Positions 23,980 to 32,870 of a stretch of 32,931 nt of DNA are shown here, one piece after another. Positions within the stretch are counted from its first letter, which is position 1. Each line of letters opens with the position of its first letter. Source of the DNA: Candidatus Heimdallarchaeota archaeon (GTDB lineage: Archaea > Asgardarchaeota > Heimdallarchaeia > Heimdallarchaeales > Heimdallarchaeaceae); contig JAEOTG010000189.1 of assembly GCA_016839985.1 (NCBI GenBank), positions 1 through 32,931 on the forward strand, written 5' to 3'. The position numbers were made by a program, and so were the translations under genes. The notes beneath the pieces were generated by a model that was not told where the DNA came from, did no database searches, and was given only the letters and a program-made list of their open reading frames with translations.

Positions 23980-25293
23980 CTAGTTCACTTCCTTTTCCTC
24001 TAATTGTTTTTTAACCTTGAATCCATACTCAATGCCATCTCTAATTACATCTGCCATTATTTTCTGGTTGCCAATAACTATGTGTAAATCCTTCAAAGGT
24101 TCTGGAGTTTCCCTCTTAGCTTTTTCAAGGTATGCTCGAGCTGCTGCTAAATCTGTTCCGACCATTCTACCAAAAACAGGAATCATCCTCTTTTTAGACA
24201 TAAACCTGTCTCTTAATGACATTATCAATCCTCTTATGAAGATATCACAGCTGGAAATCCCACCAAATCTACTAGTTATTATAATGTCAGTAGCAGGATG
24301 ATCCATTAACAAATGAAACATATCTGCTACTTTAATAAGTGAAGGACCCCCCCCACTATCCATGAAATTTATTGGTATAACTTTACCTTCATAATAACGT
24401 TTCCCTATATTGACAACTTCATCAATTGAGAAAATACCATACCCAGCTCCACCTGGTACTAATCCTACATACAATTTGTCTTTGTCTTTTACAAATTCTT
24501 CAGGATGCTCTATCAAATCAAGGTAGGGAAATCCTATTCTATATGCTTGTTCCTCATATATTGTTTGTTCTGATATATCATGTCTTTTACTACGGGGATC
24601 AATGTTAATTGATTTCAACAAAGGTGCTTGTCTGTAAAGACTGTTATCATCAAGAACAATTTTTGCATCAGCGGCAATAACAAAATTGTCTTTTGTTACA
24701 ATTAAAGGATTTATTTCACAAATTTTTGCTTCAACATGTTGAAAAGTATTATACAGAGATTTAACTGCTTTGTATAGTTTTTCTTTAATAGTTATGAAAT
24801 CTGCATTTTTCTCAACCAAAAATTCAGCAGCTTCTTCAGCAATATCCTCTGGTAAATCCTTAGCATTATCTTTTATTGTTTTTTTCCAAATTTCTTCTGG
24901 ATGAGTTCTAGCAACCTCTTCAATATCAATACCTCCACTTGCTGAAGTTACTATTACAATGTCAAAAGTCGCGGGATCTGTGGTAACAGACATATAAATT
25001 TCATTCGCAACATCTACAGCTTCTTCAAGCAATATTTTTTTGACAGGATAACCATGGATTCTCATTGCAAACATTTTTTCTACAATTTTTCTGGTTTCTT
25101 CAATGTTAGAACACAACTTGATTCCACCTGCTTTTCCTCTTCCTCCTATCAAAACCATAGCTTTTACCATTACTGGAAATTTTAAAGATAAATTGTCTAA
25201 TTCTTCTATTTGTTCTATTGTTGCAATTTGCTTTGGTATAACAAGACCATGTTTTTCAAAAATCTGTTTTGCTTCGTATTCATATAATTTCAT
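23980..25293 (-). CDS. aclB: ATP-citrate lyase-type beta subunit (ATP-grasp, SucC-like)
   Basis: MKLYEYEAKQIFEKHGLVIP, VKAMVLIGGRGKAGGIKL, NFMDSGGGPS. SucC-like ATP-grasp fold paired with the fused SucD/CS-like subunit. GAGGT lies 9 nt upstream of the ATG. Confidence 0.75.
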   Translation of the reverse strand: MKLYEYEAKQIFEKHGLVIPKQIATIEQIEELDNLSLKFPVMVKAMVLIGGRGKAGGIKLCSNIEETRKIVEKMFAMRIHGYPVKKILLEEAVDVANEIYMSVTTDPATFDIVIVTSASGGIDIEEVARTHPEEIWKKTIKDNAKDLPEDIAEEAAEFLVEKNADFITIKEKLYKAVKSLYNTFQHVEAKICEINPLIVTKDNFVIAADAKIVLDDNSLYRQAPLLKSINIDPRSKRHDISEQTIYEEQAYRIGFPYLDLIEHPEEFVKDKDKLYVGLVPGGAGYGIFSIDEVVNIGKRYYEGKVIPINFMDSGGGPSLIKVADMFHLLMDHPATDIIITSRFGGISSCDIFIRGLIMSLRDRFMSKKRMIPVFGRMVGTDLAAARAYLEKAKRETPEPLKDLHIVIGNQKIMADVIRDGIEYGFKVKKQLEEKEVN

Positions 25294-25305
25294 ATATTAT
25301 TACCT

Positions 25306-27159
25306 CTATTCTGAAAATTGTATTTGGTAGTATTTTATCAAACCTCCAGCATTGAAAATTTTTAGTAGTTCAGCTGGTAATTTACCCGTATTGTAAACTT
25401 TATCTCCATTAGTTATTTGACCTTTTTCTAAATCTATGGAGATTGAAAAATCTTTGTTGAAGTTATCCACAAATTCTGGGTGAACAATGATTGGTAATCC
25501 TTGATTTATCGCAGATCTGTAGAAAATACGTGCTACTGATTTGACAATCACAGCTTTCACACCTGCAGAAGCTAGTCCTACAGCAGGATGTTCTCTTGAT
25601 GAACCACATCCAAAATTACTCCCAGCAACTATAATATCATCATGTGTTACACGAGATGAAAATGTTTCATCTAAGCCTTTGAATAAATGAGGTACTATTT
25701 TTTCACCATCAGCTGATTTAATATCATATGTCAGATTACCAGCAAACATTTGATCTGTGTTCAAATCATCTCTTTCACTATAATCCCAGACACCCTTAAA
25801 GTAACGATTATCATCGGTTGATATTTGAAGAGTTTTTGTTTCTTTAACTCTTGATTGAAGTAACAATTTCGTTTCTTTTTTTTCAATTTTTGTGGGGAGA
25901 TAATCTCTTGGATCAACAATCTTTCCTTCAATTGCTGATGCAACAACTGTTGCTGGAGATGCTAAGTATATTGAGCTTCTTTTATTCCCCATTCTACCAA
26001 GAAAGTTCCTATTGGCAGTTGATATGATATTCCAATTATCAGCTGGTAAACCTTGTCCTTTACCAAGGCACGGACCACAGCTACAAGATAGAATTATTGC
26101 ACCCGCTTCAACAAGTGTTTGAATAACTCCCTGTTTCATCGCATTAAGATAAATTTCTTGAGATGCTGGTGCAACAAGAAACTGAACACCTGCCTTTACT
26201 TTTCTATCTTTAATAATTGATGCTGCAATGACTAGATCATCTAGACGAGCATTGGTACATGTTCCAAGGAATGCTTGTTCTATAAATGTTTCATCAATGT
26301 TTTTTATTAAATGAACATTATCAACTTGGTGTGGAACTGCAACTAAAGGTTCCATCTCATTAAGATTAACACTTAATTCTTGACTAAAGGTGGCATGGTT
26401 ATCTGACCACATTTGATTGTTTTGTAGAGCTGTTTCTTCTAAACCGTGTTTTTCTTTTAACCAATCAAATAACATTCTATCAGGAGGAAAAACCGCTGTT
26501 TTAGCCCCCATTTCTGAAGCTAAATTTGCTAAAGTCATACGCTCTGAAATGCTAAGAGTCTTCACTCCATCCCCATGAAACTCAATTGTTTTGTATGTAG
26601 CTCCAGCTGAGCCAATTGCATTCATGAGGTATAAAGCAATATCTTTTGCATAAACTCCTGGTGGAAGTCTTCCGTTTAGAATTATCTTAATGGTTTCAGG
26701 TACTCTAAACCATGTTTTTCCAGTTAACCATAATCCAGCAGTCTCAGTCCTATCAATACCAGCTGCAAAAGCTGCAAAAGCTCCACTTGTACAAGTGTGT
26801 GAATCTGACCCTACAATAAGCATGTTTGGTAGCGCATGGTTTGCCATTAATTGATGACATATTCCTTTTCCTTCATCGTAAAATTTAGCAATTTCTTGAT
26901 CCTTAACTAGTTCTCGAATAATTTTATGATCATTAGCAATTGTAACACTGGCTGGTGGTGAATCATGATCTAAAACTATAACTAAACGGTCAGGATATTT
27001 AATTTTTGTACCACCCATTTTTTGAAATGTTTTATAGATTGAAGCAGAATTATCATGGGATAAAATTAGGTCTGGTTCCGCAAAAACAATATCCCCTGCA
27101 CTTACTTCTTGATCAGATTTTTTTGAGAATAATTTTTCTGAATAAGTCTTACCACTCAT
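25306..27159 (-). CDS. aconitase-superfamily hydro-lyase, fused large (LeuC/HacA-like) and small (LeuD-like swivel) domains; candidate aconitase
   Basis: Large part: ILSHDNSA, VGSDSHTCT, GTCTNAR, SCGPCLGKG (three Fe-S Cys ligands). Small part after a ~40-aa linker: LNTDQMF, AGSNFGCGSSREHPA. GAGGA lies upstream of the ATG. Substrate is inferred only from the adjacency to ACL. Confidence 0.75.
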   Translation of the reverse strand: MSGKTYSEKLFSKKSDQEVSAGDIVFAEPDLILSHDNSASIYKTFQKMGGTKIKYPDRLVIVLDHDSPPASVTIANDHKIIRELVKDQEIAKFYDEGKGICHQLMANHALPNMLIVGSDSHTCTSGAFAAFAAGIDRTETAGLWLTGKTWFRVPETIKIILNGRLPPGVYAKDIALYLMNAIGSAGATYKTIEFHGDGVKTLSISERMTLANLASEMGAKTAVFPPDRMLFDWLKEKHGLEETALQNNQMWSDNHATFSQELSVNLNEMEPLVAVPHQVDNVHLIKNIDETFIEQAFLGTCTNARLDDLVIAASIIKDRKVKAGVQFLVAPASQEIYLNAMKQGVIQTLVEAGAIILSCSCGPCLGKGQGLPADNWNIISTANRNFLGRMGNKRSSIYLASPATVVASAIEGKIVDPRDYLPTKIEKKETKLLLQSRVKETKTLQISTDDNRYFKGVWDYSERDDLNTDQMFAGNLTYDIKSADGEKIVPHLFKGLDETFSSRVTHDDIIVAGSNFGCGSSREHPAVGLASAGVKAVIVKSVARIFYRSAINQGLPIIVHPEFVDNFNKDFSISIDLEKGQITNGDKVYNTGKLPAELLKIFNAGGLIKYYQIQFSE

Positions 27160-27177
27160 TTCCTCGTCCTCACATTT

Positions 27178-27684
27178 TTACATTTCTTCTCCAAGTTTTA
27201 ATAAACCACCAGCTTCCATAATATCTAATACTGGTTTTGGTATAGATTTACATTTCATCTTCTTCCCTTTGTTCAAATTAGCAATAATAGCTTCTTCTAT
27301 ATTGATTTCCAAAGTATCAAGATTATCAATTTGTAATTGTGAGATACCTGGAGCTTCTATAAGTAACAAACCAGAATTCACAGCATTACTGTAATATATA
27401 GGACCAAAAGACTCTCCGACTATTGCCTTAACTTTGTGAGCTAGAAAACCAGTTACTGCTTGTTGTCTTGTCGATCCTTTTCCGAAATTCTTTCCTACAA
27501 TAATAATCTCTCCTTCATGATTTTCCTTTCCAAAATTCTCAAAACCTTCAAGATTTCCAAAGATATGTGGTTTAATTTCTTGAGGATTATGTATCGTTAA
27601 AAGAGATTGATGAAAGATTTGATCAGTATCAATGTCATCGATAATGACTAATTTTGCATTTCCACATATTTTTTTTATACTCAT
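27178..27684 (-). CDS. aconitase-superfamily small subunit (LeuD/HacB-like), divergent signature
   Basis: DIDTDQIF and VGKNFGKGSTRQQAV in place of the canonical G.NFGCGSSREHA; the Ser and Arg are retained. The start abuts the stop of the large subunit. Confidence 0.75.
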   Translation of the reverse strand: MSIKKICGNAKLVIIDDIDTDQIFHQSLLTIHNPQEIKPHIFGNLEGFENFGKENHEGEIIIVGKNFGKGSTRQQAVTGFLAHKVKAIVGESFGPIYYSNAVNSGLLLIEAPGISQLQIDNLDTLEINIEEAIIANLNKGKKMKCKSIPKPVLDIMEAGGLLKLGEEM

Positions 27685-28965
27685 TTAATCATCTCTTATA
27701 TTTGGTTTTGCAATTTTTCCTTGAATTGCAGTTGCTGCAGCTACTACAGGACTTGCTAAATAGACATCTGCTGGTCCAATTTTTCCTTGAGTATTGCGAT
27801 TACCTGTTGTTAAAGTAACTGCTGTTTTCCCTCCTGTTAAGCCATATTGACCCTTTGCACAAGTTGAACAACCAGCTCCGAAAATATTTCCTCCTGCTTC
27901 TAGAATTGTTGTCATAGCACTTTGATTATGTATTGAAATAAAATCCTCACGAGTTGCAGGAACAACTCCTAATCTTACTTCAGGGTTAACTTTTTCGTTT
28001 TTCAAAATTTTAGCAGCATCTTGAATATCAATTGCACTACCATTTGTACAAGATCCTATAATAATTGAATTTATTGGAGTTCCTAACACTTCTTCTATAG
28101 GTTTAACATTGTGAGGATGTGGTGGGCAAGCAATTTGTAAATCTAAATCTTGTATATCTATAATTATCTCAGAGAAGTATTTGGCATCTTTATCAGCTTT
28201 AATTAATTCTGTGTTGACATTGAATTGCTTGTAATAATCTGCTACTAGCTCATCTGGGGGAACAAACCCAATCATACCAGAGGCTTCTGTAATCAGAGAA
28301 CATAATGTAACACGATCTTCAATACTTAATTCTGCGATATAATCTCCATAGAATTCAACAGCTTGACCTGTGATACCATGTTCATGGAGTTTCTTAAGAA
28401 CAAATAAAGCCAAATCTTTAGATGTTGTGGGCCATTCATATGATCCTTTCAAGATGACTTTAACAGTTTCAGGGATTTTGATCCAAGATTTTCCTGTTTT
28501 CATTGCAAAAGCAAGCATTACATCACCAGCTCCTTGACCTAAAATGCCTAATGCTCCCAAAATATTATAATGACTATCAGCTCCAAAAACTATATCCCCA
28601 GGTTTTGTGAAACCTCTACGAAACAATAAATGAGATCCAATACCTGAACCCAAATCAGTAACTTGAATATTGTGTTCCTTGGCAAATACACGAATTTTTT
28701 CTTGGTCTATAGCATGTTTTGGATCGTTTCCATATGGGTAACAATCCGGTGTAAAAATGATCTTTTCATTATCAAATGTTTTTGAATTAGGATAATTTTT
28801 TTGGAATAAATCCACAACTTGAGGTCCTGCATAATCTCTAGCTGTAACTAAATCTAGAGTAATCCATACAATGTTGCCAGGAAAAATCTCTTCATCTGAT
28901 GCATTAGTATGTGATTTAATTATTTTTTCAATTATAGTCAAACCTGTCATTTCGCCCAATTTCAT
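27685..28965 (-). CDS. aconitase-superfamily large subunit (LeuC/HacA-like)
   Basis: TARDYAGPQ, GADSHYN (Asp-Ser-His retained), GSCTNGS, GAGCSTCAKG (Cys ligands), TGNRN. Confidence 0.8.
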   Translation of the reverse strand: MKLGEMTGLTIIEKIIKSHTNASDEEIFPGNIVWITLDLVTARDYAGPQVVDLFQKNYPNSKTFDNEKIIFTPDCYPYGNDPKHAIDQEKIRVFAKEHNIQVTDLGSGIGSHLLFRRGFTKPGDIVFGADSHYNILGALGILGQGAGDVMLAFAMKTGKSWIKIPETVKVILKGSYEWPTTSKDLALFVLKKLHEHGITGQAVEFYGDYIAELSIEDRVTLCSLITEASGMIGFVPPDELVADYYKQFNVNTELIKADKDAKYFSEIIIDIQDLDLQIACPPHPHNVKPIEEVLGTPINSIIIGSCTNGSAIDIQDAAKILKNEKVNPEVRLGVVPATREDFISIHNQSAMTTILEAGGNIFGAGCSTCAKGQYGLTGGKTAVTLTTGNRNTQGKIGPADVYLASPVVAAATAIQGKIAKPNIRDD

Positions 28966-29014
28966 CGATTAATAAGAGGGTAATAAGGATAACTCTATGT
29001 GTGTAATTATATAC

Positions 29015-29023
29015 AAAAAAAAA
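29015..29023 (-). terminator. oligo-T (T9 on the minus strand) putative archaeal terminator after the IDH-like gene
   Basis: The A9 run on the plus strand is T9 on the coding strand, ~50 nt after the stop at 29072. It is immediately followed on the minus strand by GTATATAATT (29005-29014), a possible TATA box for the LeuC-like/ACL unit. Confidence 0.3.
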
Positions 29024-29071
29024 TAGGATTTGCAATGTTATTGTTTCAAAAAAGAAAATGGGTAAGATGGC

Positions 29072-30205
29072 TTATACTTTCAATTTCTCACAAATAGCAT
29101 CTGCCATTTCAGATGTTGTTGAAGATCCATCCATATCATAAGTTCTGACTTTTCCTTCTAAAATAACAGTAGCAACAGCTTTGTCAATTTTCATTGCCAT
29201 TTCTTTCTCTCCAAGCCAATCAAGCATCATTTTTGCTGCTAATATTTGTGCGATAGGATTAACCTTATTCATACCCACATATTTTGGGGCAGAACCATGT
29301 GTTGGTTCAAATACTGCAAAATTATCTCCAATATTACCAGAACATGCAAAACCTAATCCACCTATAAGTTGAGCACACAAATCTGAAACTATATCTCCAA
29401 ACATGTTTGAAGCAACAAGAACTCCATAATTTTGTGGATTCTTAACTAACCACATAGCCATTGCATCAATATTTGTTTCCCAAAGTTCCAAATTATCATA
29501 TTCTTGCACAAGTTTACGCGCCTCTCTTATCATCAGTCCACTTGTTTCTCTGATTACATTTGGCTTTTCTACAACAGTAACTGTTGGATATCCAAATTCT
29601 CTTGCATAGTTCATACTTGCTTTAAGAATACGCTTAACTCCTTTTCTAGTAAAAATCCTAGTTGATATCGCAACATCGTTAAGGTTTGCACCTTCAAATC
29701 TTTTAGCTTTGGGATGGTTCTCAATTATTGTTTTCATCACTTCATCAGGAACTGGGTGCCATTCAATTCCTACATAAAGACCTTCTGTATTCTCACGAAA
29801 AACTACTAAATCTAAGTCATCCCTATAATTTAATGGATTTCCTGGATAAGCTTTACATGGACGTAAATTAACATATAAATCGAATAATTGTCTTAATCTT
29901 ACTATTGGACTAAAGTAGATTAAACCTTTACCTTGCAATTCGGGAATTAATTCTTTTTCTGCTTCTTCCTTTGGTTTGGATGTAATAGCAGAGAACAAAC
30001 AACAATCAGATTGTTTTAACAGTTCTATTGTTCGTTCTGGTAATGCATCTCCTTCTTTACACCAGAATTCCCAACCGATATCACCCCAATTATATTCAGC
30101 TAATTCACTAAAACCAACTGTATCAAGAACTTTCATAGCTGCATCAGTAACATCTTTACCAATTCCGTCACCTGGTAAAACTGCGATTGTATATTTCTTA
30201 CTCAT
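29072..30205 (-). CDS. isocitrate/isopropylmalate/homoisocitrate dehydrogenase family (beta-decarboxylating dehydrogenase)
   Basis: IAVLPGDGIGKDV, FSPIVRLRQLFDLYVNLRP (cf. IDH rSlNvaLRq.ldLyvclRP), FRENTEGLY, NMFGDIVSDL, EPTHGSAPKY. I prefer ATG 30205 (AAGGTGA 5 nt upstream, no overlap with the HD gene) over the track's ATG 30232. Confidence 0.85.
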   Translation of the reverse strand: MSKKYTIAVLPGDGIGKDVTDAAMKVLDTVGFSELAEYNWGDIGWEFWCKEGDALPERTIELLKQSDCCLFSAITSKPKEEAEKELIPELQGKGLIYFSPIVRLRQLFDLYVNLRPCKAYPGNPLNYRDDLDLVVFRENTEGLYVGIEWHPVPDEVMKTIIENHPKAKRFEGANLNDVAISTRIFTRKGVKRILKASMNYAREFGYPTVTVVEKPNVIRETSGLMIREARKLVQEYDNLELWETNIDAMAMWLVKNPQNYGVLVASNMFGDIVSDLCAQLIGGLGFACSGNIGDNFAVFEPTHGSAPKYVGMNKVNPIAQILAAKMMLDWLGEKEMAMKIDKAVATVILEGKVRTYDMDGSSTTSEMADAICEKLKV

Positions 30206-30221
30206 ATTTTCACCTTTTCTC

Positions 30222-30782
30222 TCAATATCCATAAATTTTCCTTACAGGTTCAAAACAAAGAAAATCACATCTGTGAATTATTTCCACTTCTGTTAATCTT
30301 TTTATTTTATCTCCTTCTTTACTATGGAAAATTATTGCTTGTCTGACACTTAATGGTAAATTAAACTCATAAACGATTTCTAAACCTTGAGCTGGATGCC
30401 TAAGAATTTTTCCTGCTTTGTTTTGTACAATCTTACCTGTTGGATCTTTTTCATATTCAACAAACTTACCTACATCATGTAGTAATCCCCCAGCTATAAG
30501 TTCGTCCTTATTTAGATTATCTGCTAGATTAAGAAATTCATATCGCTCATAAGTTGTTATACACATTTGAGTAACAGCTCGAATGTGATCAATGATTGAA
30601 ATTTTAACAGACAAGTCACTGTTAACTAGTTCTGGTATCAATAATGTAAAAGGGATTCGATGAAGTTCTTCTTCAGTCCACCCCCCAAGTGATATTGCTT
30701 TTTCAAGCGATTTAACAACTTTTTCACGTAATTCCTCATTTTTAATTTCTATTATTTCAGGAAAAAGATTTTTTATCTCCAT
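30222..30782 (-). CDS. HD-domain metal-dependent phosphohydrolase
   Basis: GGLLHDVGK (His-Asp dyad), downstream HPAQG and FHS motifs, 186 aa. Confidence 0.7.
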   Translation of the reverse strand: MEIKNLFPEIIEIKNEELREKVVKSLEKAISLGGWTEEELHRIPFTLLIPELVNSDLSVKISIIDHIRAVTQMCITTYERYEFLNLADNLNKDELIAGGLLHDVGKFVEYEKDPTGKIVQNKAGKILRHPAQGLEIVYEFNLPLSVRQAIIFHSKEGDKIKRLTEVEIIHRCDFLCFEPVRKIYGY

Positions 30783-30927
30783 TTATTTAACCCACTTCTT
30801 ATTTTTTTGATTTATTGACACTATTTTAGTCTAGTCAGAGGAAAATGACAAAATAAGATAATTAAAACTTTTGCTAGTGGTTTGAATCTTTACTTAAATT
30901 CTAATTTGTAAAATGTCTTAGCAGTGC

Positions 30928-31326
30928 TTAATCACCCATTTCCACAAAACCAAAAAGTGATAACTTATTATCTCCATGTAAAGAAATAACAGGCAAACCT
31001 TTTTGTCTTAACCTCAATCGAAGAGCTGAGTCATTGGTTGCAATAATAGCATTATGTTCTTCAGCTAGTCTTTCTAGTTCTATGTCAGCATTTCCTTCGG
31101 TTTTTGAATAGAGAATCTCATATTTTTCTGCTAACTTCAAAGCGAATTGTGCTTTTTGTTTAGTTGAAGGAGATGATTCTTCTATTAATTTTTTAAGCTC
31201 TATTACAATAATTTCAGGGATAACAATTTCAAAATCAACTGGAATAATTCGTTCTAATTCAAAAGTAATGTTTATTTTCTTTTCTAGAGGTAACATCAAC
31301 ATGCTAGAATCAAGTATAACTAACAT
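30928..31326 (-). CDS. PIN-domain protein (Fcf1/Utp24-like, archaeal COG1412-type)
   Basis: N-terminal VILDSSMLM (first acidic PIN residue) and C-terminal IIATNDSALRLRLRQKGLPVISL typical of Fcf1-like PINs. It lies immediately downstream of aIF2-gamma, an adjacency I recall as conserved in archaea. Confidence 0.7.
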   Translation of the reverse strand: MLVILDSSMLMLPLEKKINITFELERIIPVDFEIVIPEIIVIELKKLIEESSPSTKQKAQFALKLAEKYEILYSKTEGNADIELERLAEEHNAIIATNDSALRLRLRQKGLPVISLHGDNKLSLFGFVEMGD

Positions 31327-31337
31327 TCAAAACCTCA

Positions 31338-32657
31338 CTATTTATTATTAAGAATTTCACCAACGCCTATCAACCGAAATCTTTTAGCAATCATTCGCGA
31401 AATGGCTATCTTACTATTGAGACGAGCCGCTACTTCTCGGTTTAATTTTATTTTAGCTTTGTCTCCTCGTATCTCTGTTATAGAACCAGTTGTTCTAGCA
31501 GTTCCTACATTGAGCATCAAATTCTCCCCTTGAGCTAAAGGCTGTACTTTTGTTATTTGTTCTGATCCAACAACATATTCCATTAATTGAACAGAAAGCT
31601 CTAGTTCTGAAAGAACTGGTGGTGCTTTTCCCGGAGTTGTAATTACATTGCCTGCCATCTTATCAGCTTTAACAAATGATGGATCTAATTCCGTTCCAAT
31701 AGCAACTAATCCACCTGAATGTGCGTTTTTTACTAAACCTTGTTCTCCTATTGAAATGCTTACTACTTTTGTTTTAATTGGAGTATAGACTGTTTTGTTA
31801 CCTTTCTTAATGGGTATTCCGGGTACAATCTCTATCTCATCACCAACATTAACTTGACCTCTAATAATGGTTCCTCCTAATGCTCCACCTTTAAGTTTCC
31901 CTGGTTCTGTTCCAGGTCGATTAATATCAAAAGATCTTGCTACTAACATCTCTAGAGGACTTTCAACATCAAGTTCAGGAGTTGGGATGTGTTTTTCTAT
32001 TTCACAGATTAAAATATCTAAGTTAGCTTTGTGCATTGCGCTTATAGGAACAATTGGTGCTTCTTCAGCAATAGTGCCTTTTATGAATTTTTGAATATCT
32101 TTATAACTACTTGTTGCATCATCTTCAGAGACTAATTCGATTTTATTTTGTGCAATAACGATATTTGGGATTTTGAGAATGTCCATAGCCGCAAGATGTT
32201 CTCTTGTTTGAGGTTGAGGACATTTAGAATTTGCTGAAATGAGTAAAATTGCCCCATTCATCATTGTTGCACCTGAAAGAAGGGTTGCCATAAGCACCTC
32301 ATGTCCAGGACAATCAACAAATGAAACTCTTCTAATAAATTCAGAAGGAGTTCCACACTTAGGACATTTTTTTTCTATTGTGTAAGATTCTGGTTCTGGA
32401 CAGTTGGGACATTTGCGAAATTCTGTATCAGCGTAACCCAATCTAATGGAAATACCTCTCTTTAATTCTTCTGAGTGATCATCTGGGAATTTTCCAGTAA
32501 GTGATTGTACTAATGTGGATTTACCATTGTCAACATGACCTATTGTCCCTATGTTAACAACTGGTTGTGTAATTTTTTTCTCTTCTGCTGTATGTGTACT
32601 CTTTTGACTAGTTTTTGTTTTCTTCTCTTGTTCAGAGGTTTCTTTTTTACTCATCAA
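31338..32657 (-). CDS. eif2g: translation initiation factor aIF2 gamma subunit
   Basis: G1 GHVDNGKST, G3 DCPGH, G4 QNKIE, G5 SAM, and the zinc knuckle CPNCPEPESYTIEKKCPKCG characteristic of a/eIF2-gamma. There is a ~30-aa Lys/Thr/Glu-rich N-terminal extension. Confidence 0.93.
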   Translation of the reverse strand: MMSKKETSEQEKKTKTSQKSTHTAEEKKITQPVVNIGTIGHVDNGKSTLVQSLTGKFPDDHSEELKRGISIRLGYADTEFRKCPNCPEPESYTIEKKCPKCGTPSEFIRRVSFVDCPGHEVLMATLLSGATMMNGAILLISANSKCPQPQTREHLAAMDILKIPNIVIAQNKIELVSEDDATSSYKDIQKFIKGTIAEEAPIVPISAMHKANLDILICEIEKHIPTPELDVESPLEMLVARSFDINRPGTEPGKLKGGALGGTIIRGQVNVGDEIEIVPGIPIKKGNKTVYTPIKTKVVSISIGEQGLVKNAHSGGLVAIGTELDPSFVKADKMAGNVITTPGKAPPVLSELELSVQLMEYVVGSEQITKVQPLAQGENLMLNVGTARTTGSITEIRGDKAKIKLNREVAARLNSKIAISRMIAKRFRLIGVGEILNNK

Positions 32658-32870
32658 TTATTCCTCTTATGTTATAATGCTTAATTATGTAAGTATTCCC
32701 ATTGAGTTTTATACTACCCATATATAAGATTGTATTTCAATCAAAAGTAACATCTCAAAAACTTTGCGTTTTACGTATTAATAAATAAAGGTAAAAGTAT
32801 TTACAATGAGTATATTTAAAAACAATTAGAATAGAACCAGCAATGTATAAGACGAAGAGATGATTTTATA

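Noticed and set aside
21838-25293. Considered plain succinyl-CoA synthetase (SucCD) for the ATP-grasp and CoA-ligase pair
   Set aside because: The alpha-like subunit carries a ~370-aa citrate-synthase-fold domain fused in frame. That is the ACL/CCS-CCL architecture, not SCS.
23001-25330. Plus-strand ORFs 23001..23186, 23680..23910, 24017..24301, 24426..24608 and 25103..25330
   Set aside because: All are antisense to aclA/aclB, which have strong family motifs. None has a promoter or SD context.
25761-27221. ORFs 25761..25946 (minus, alternative frame) and 27006..27221 (plus) within the fused aconitase-like gene
   Set aside because: Overlapping or alternative-frame shadows of a motif-supported gene.
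27178-28965. Considered whether the split LeuC/LeuD-like pair is the archaeal phosphomevalonate dehydratase (aconitase X type) of the modified mevalonate pathway
   Set aside because: The sequences carry classical aconitase/IPMI motifs (DSH, GSCTN, C-x2-C, NFG.GS.R), not the AcnX (DUF521/DUF126) family that I understand performs that reaction. No mevalonate-pathway genes are nearby.
29181-30296. Plus-strand ORFs 29181..29372 and 29976..30296
   Set aside because: Antisense to the IDH-like gene and the 3' end of the HD gene.
31867-32094. 75-aa plus-strand ORF inside aIF2-gamma
   Set aside because: Antisense shadow.
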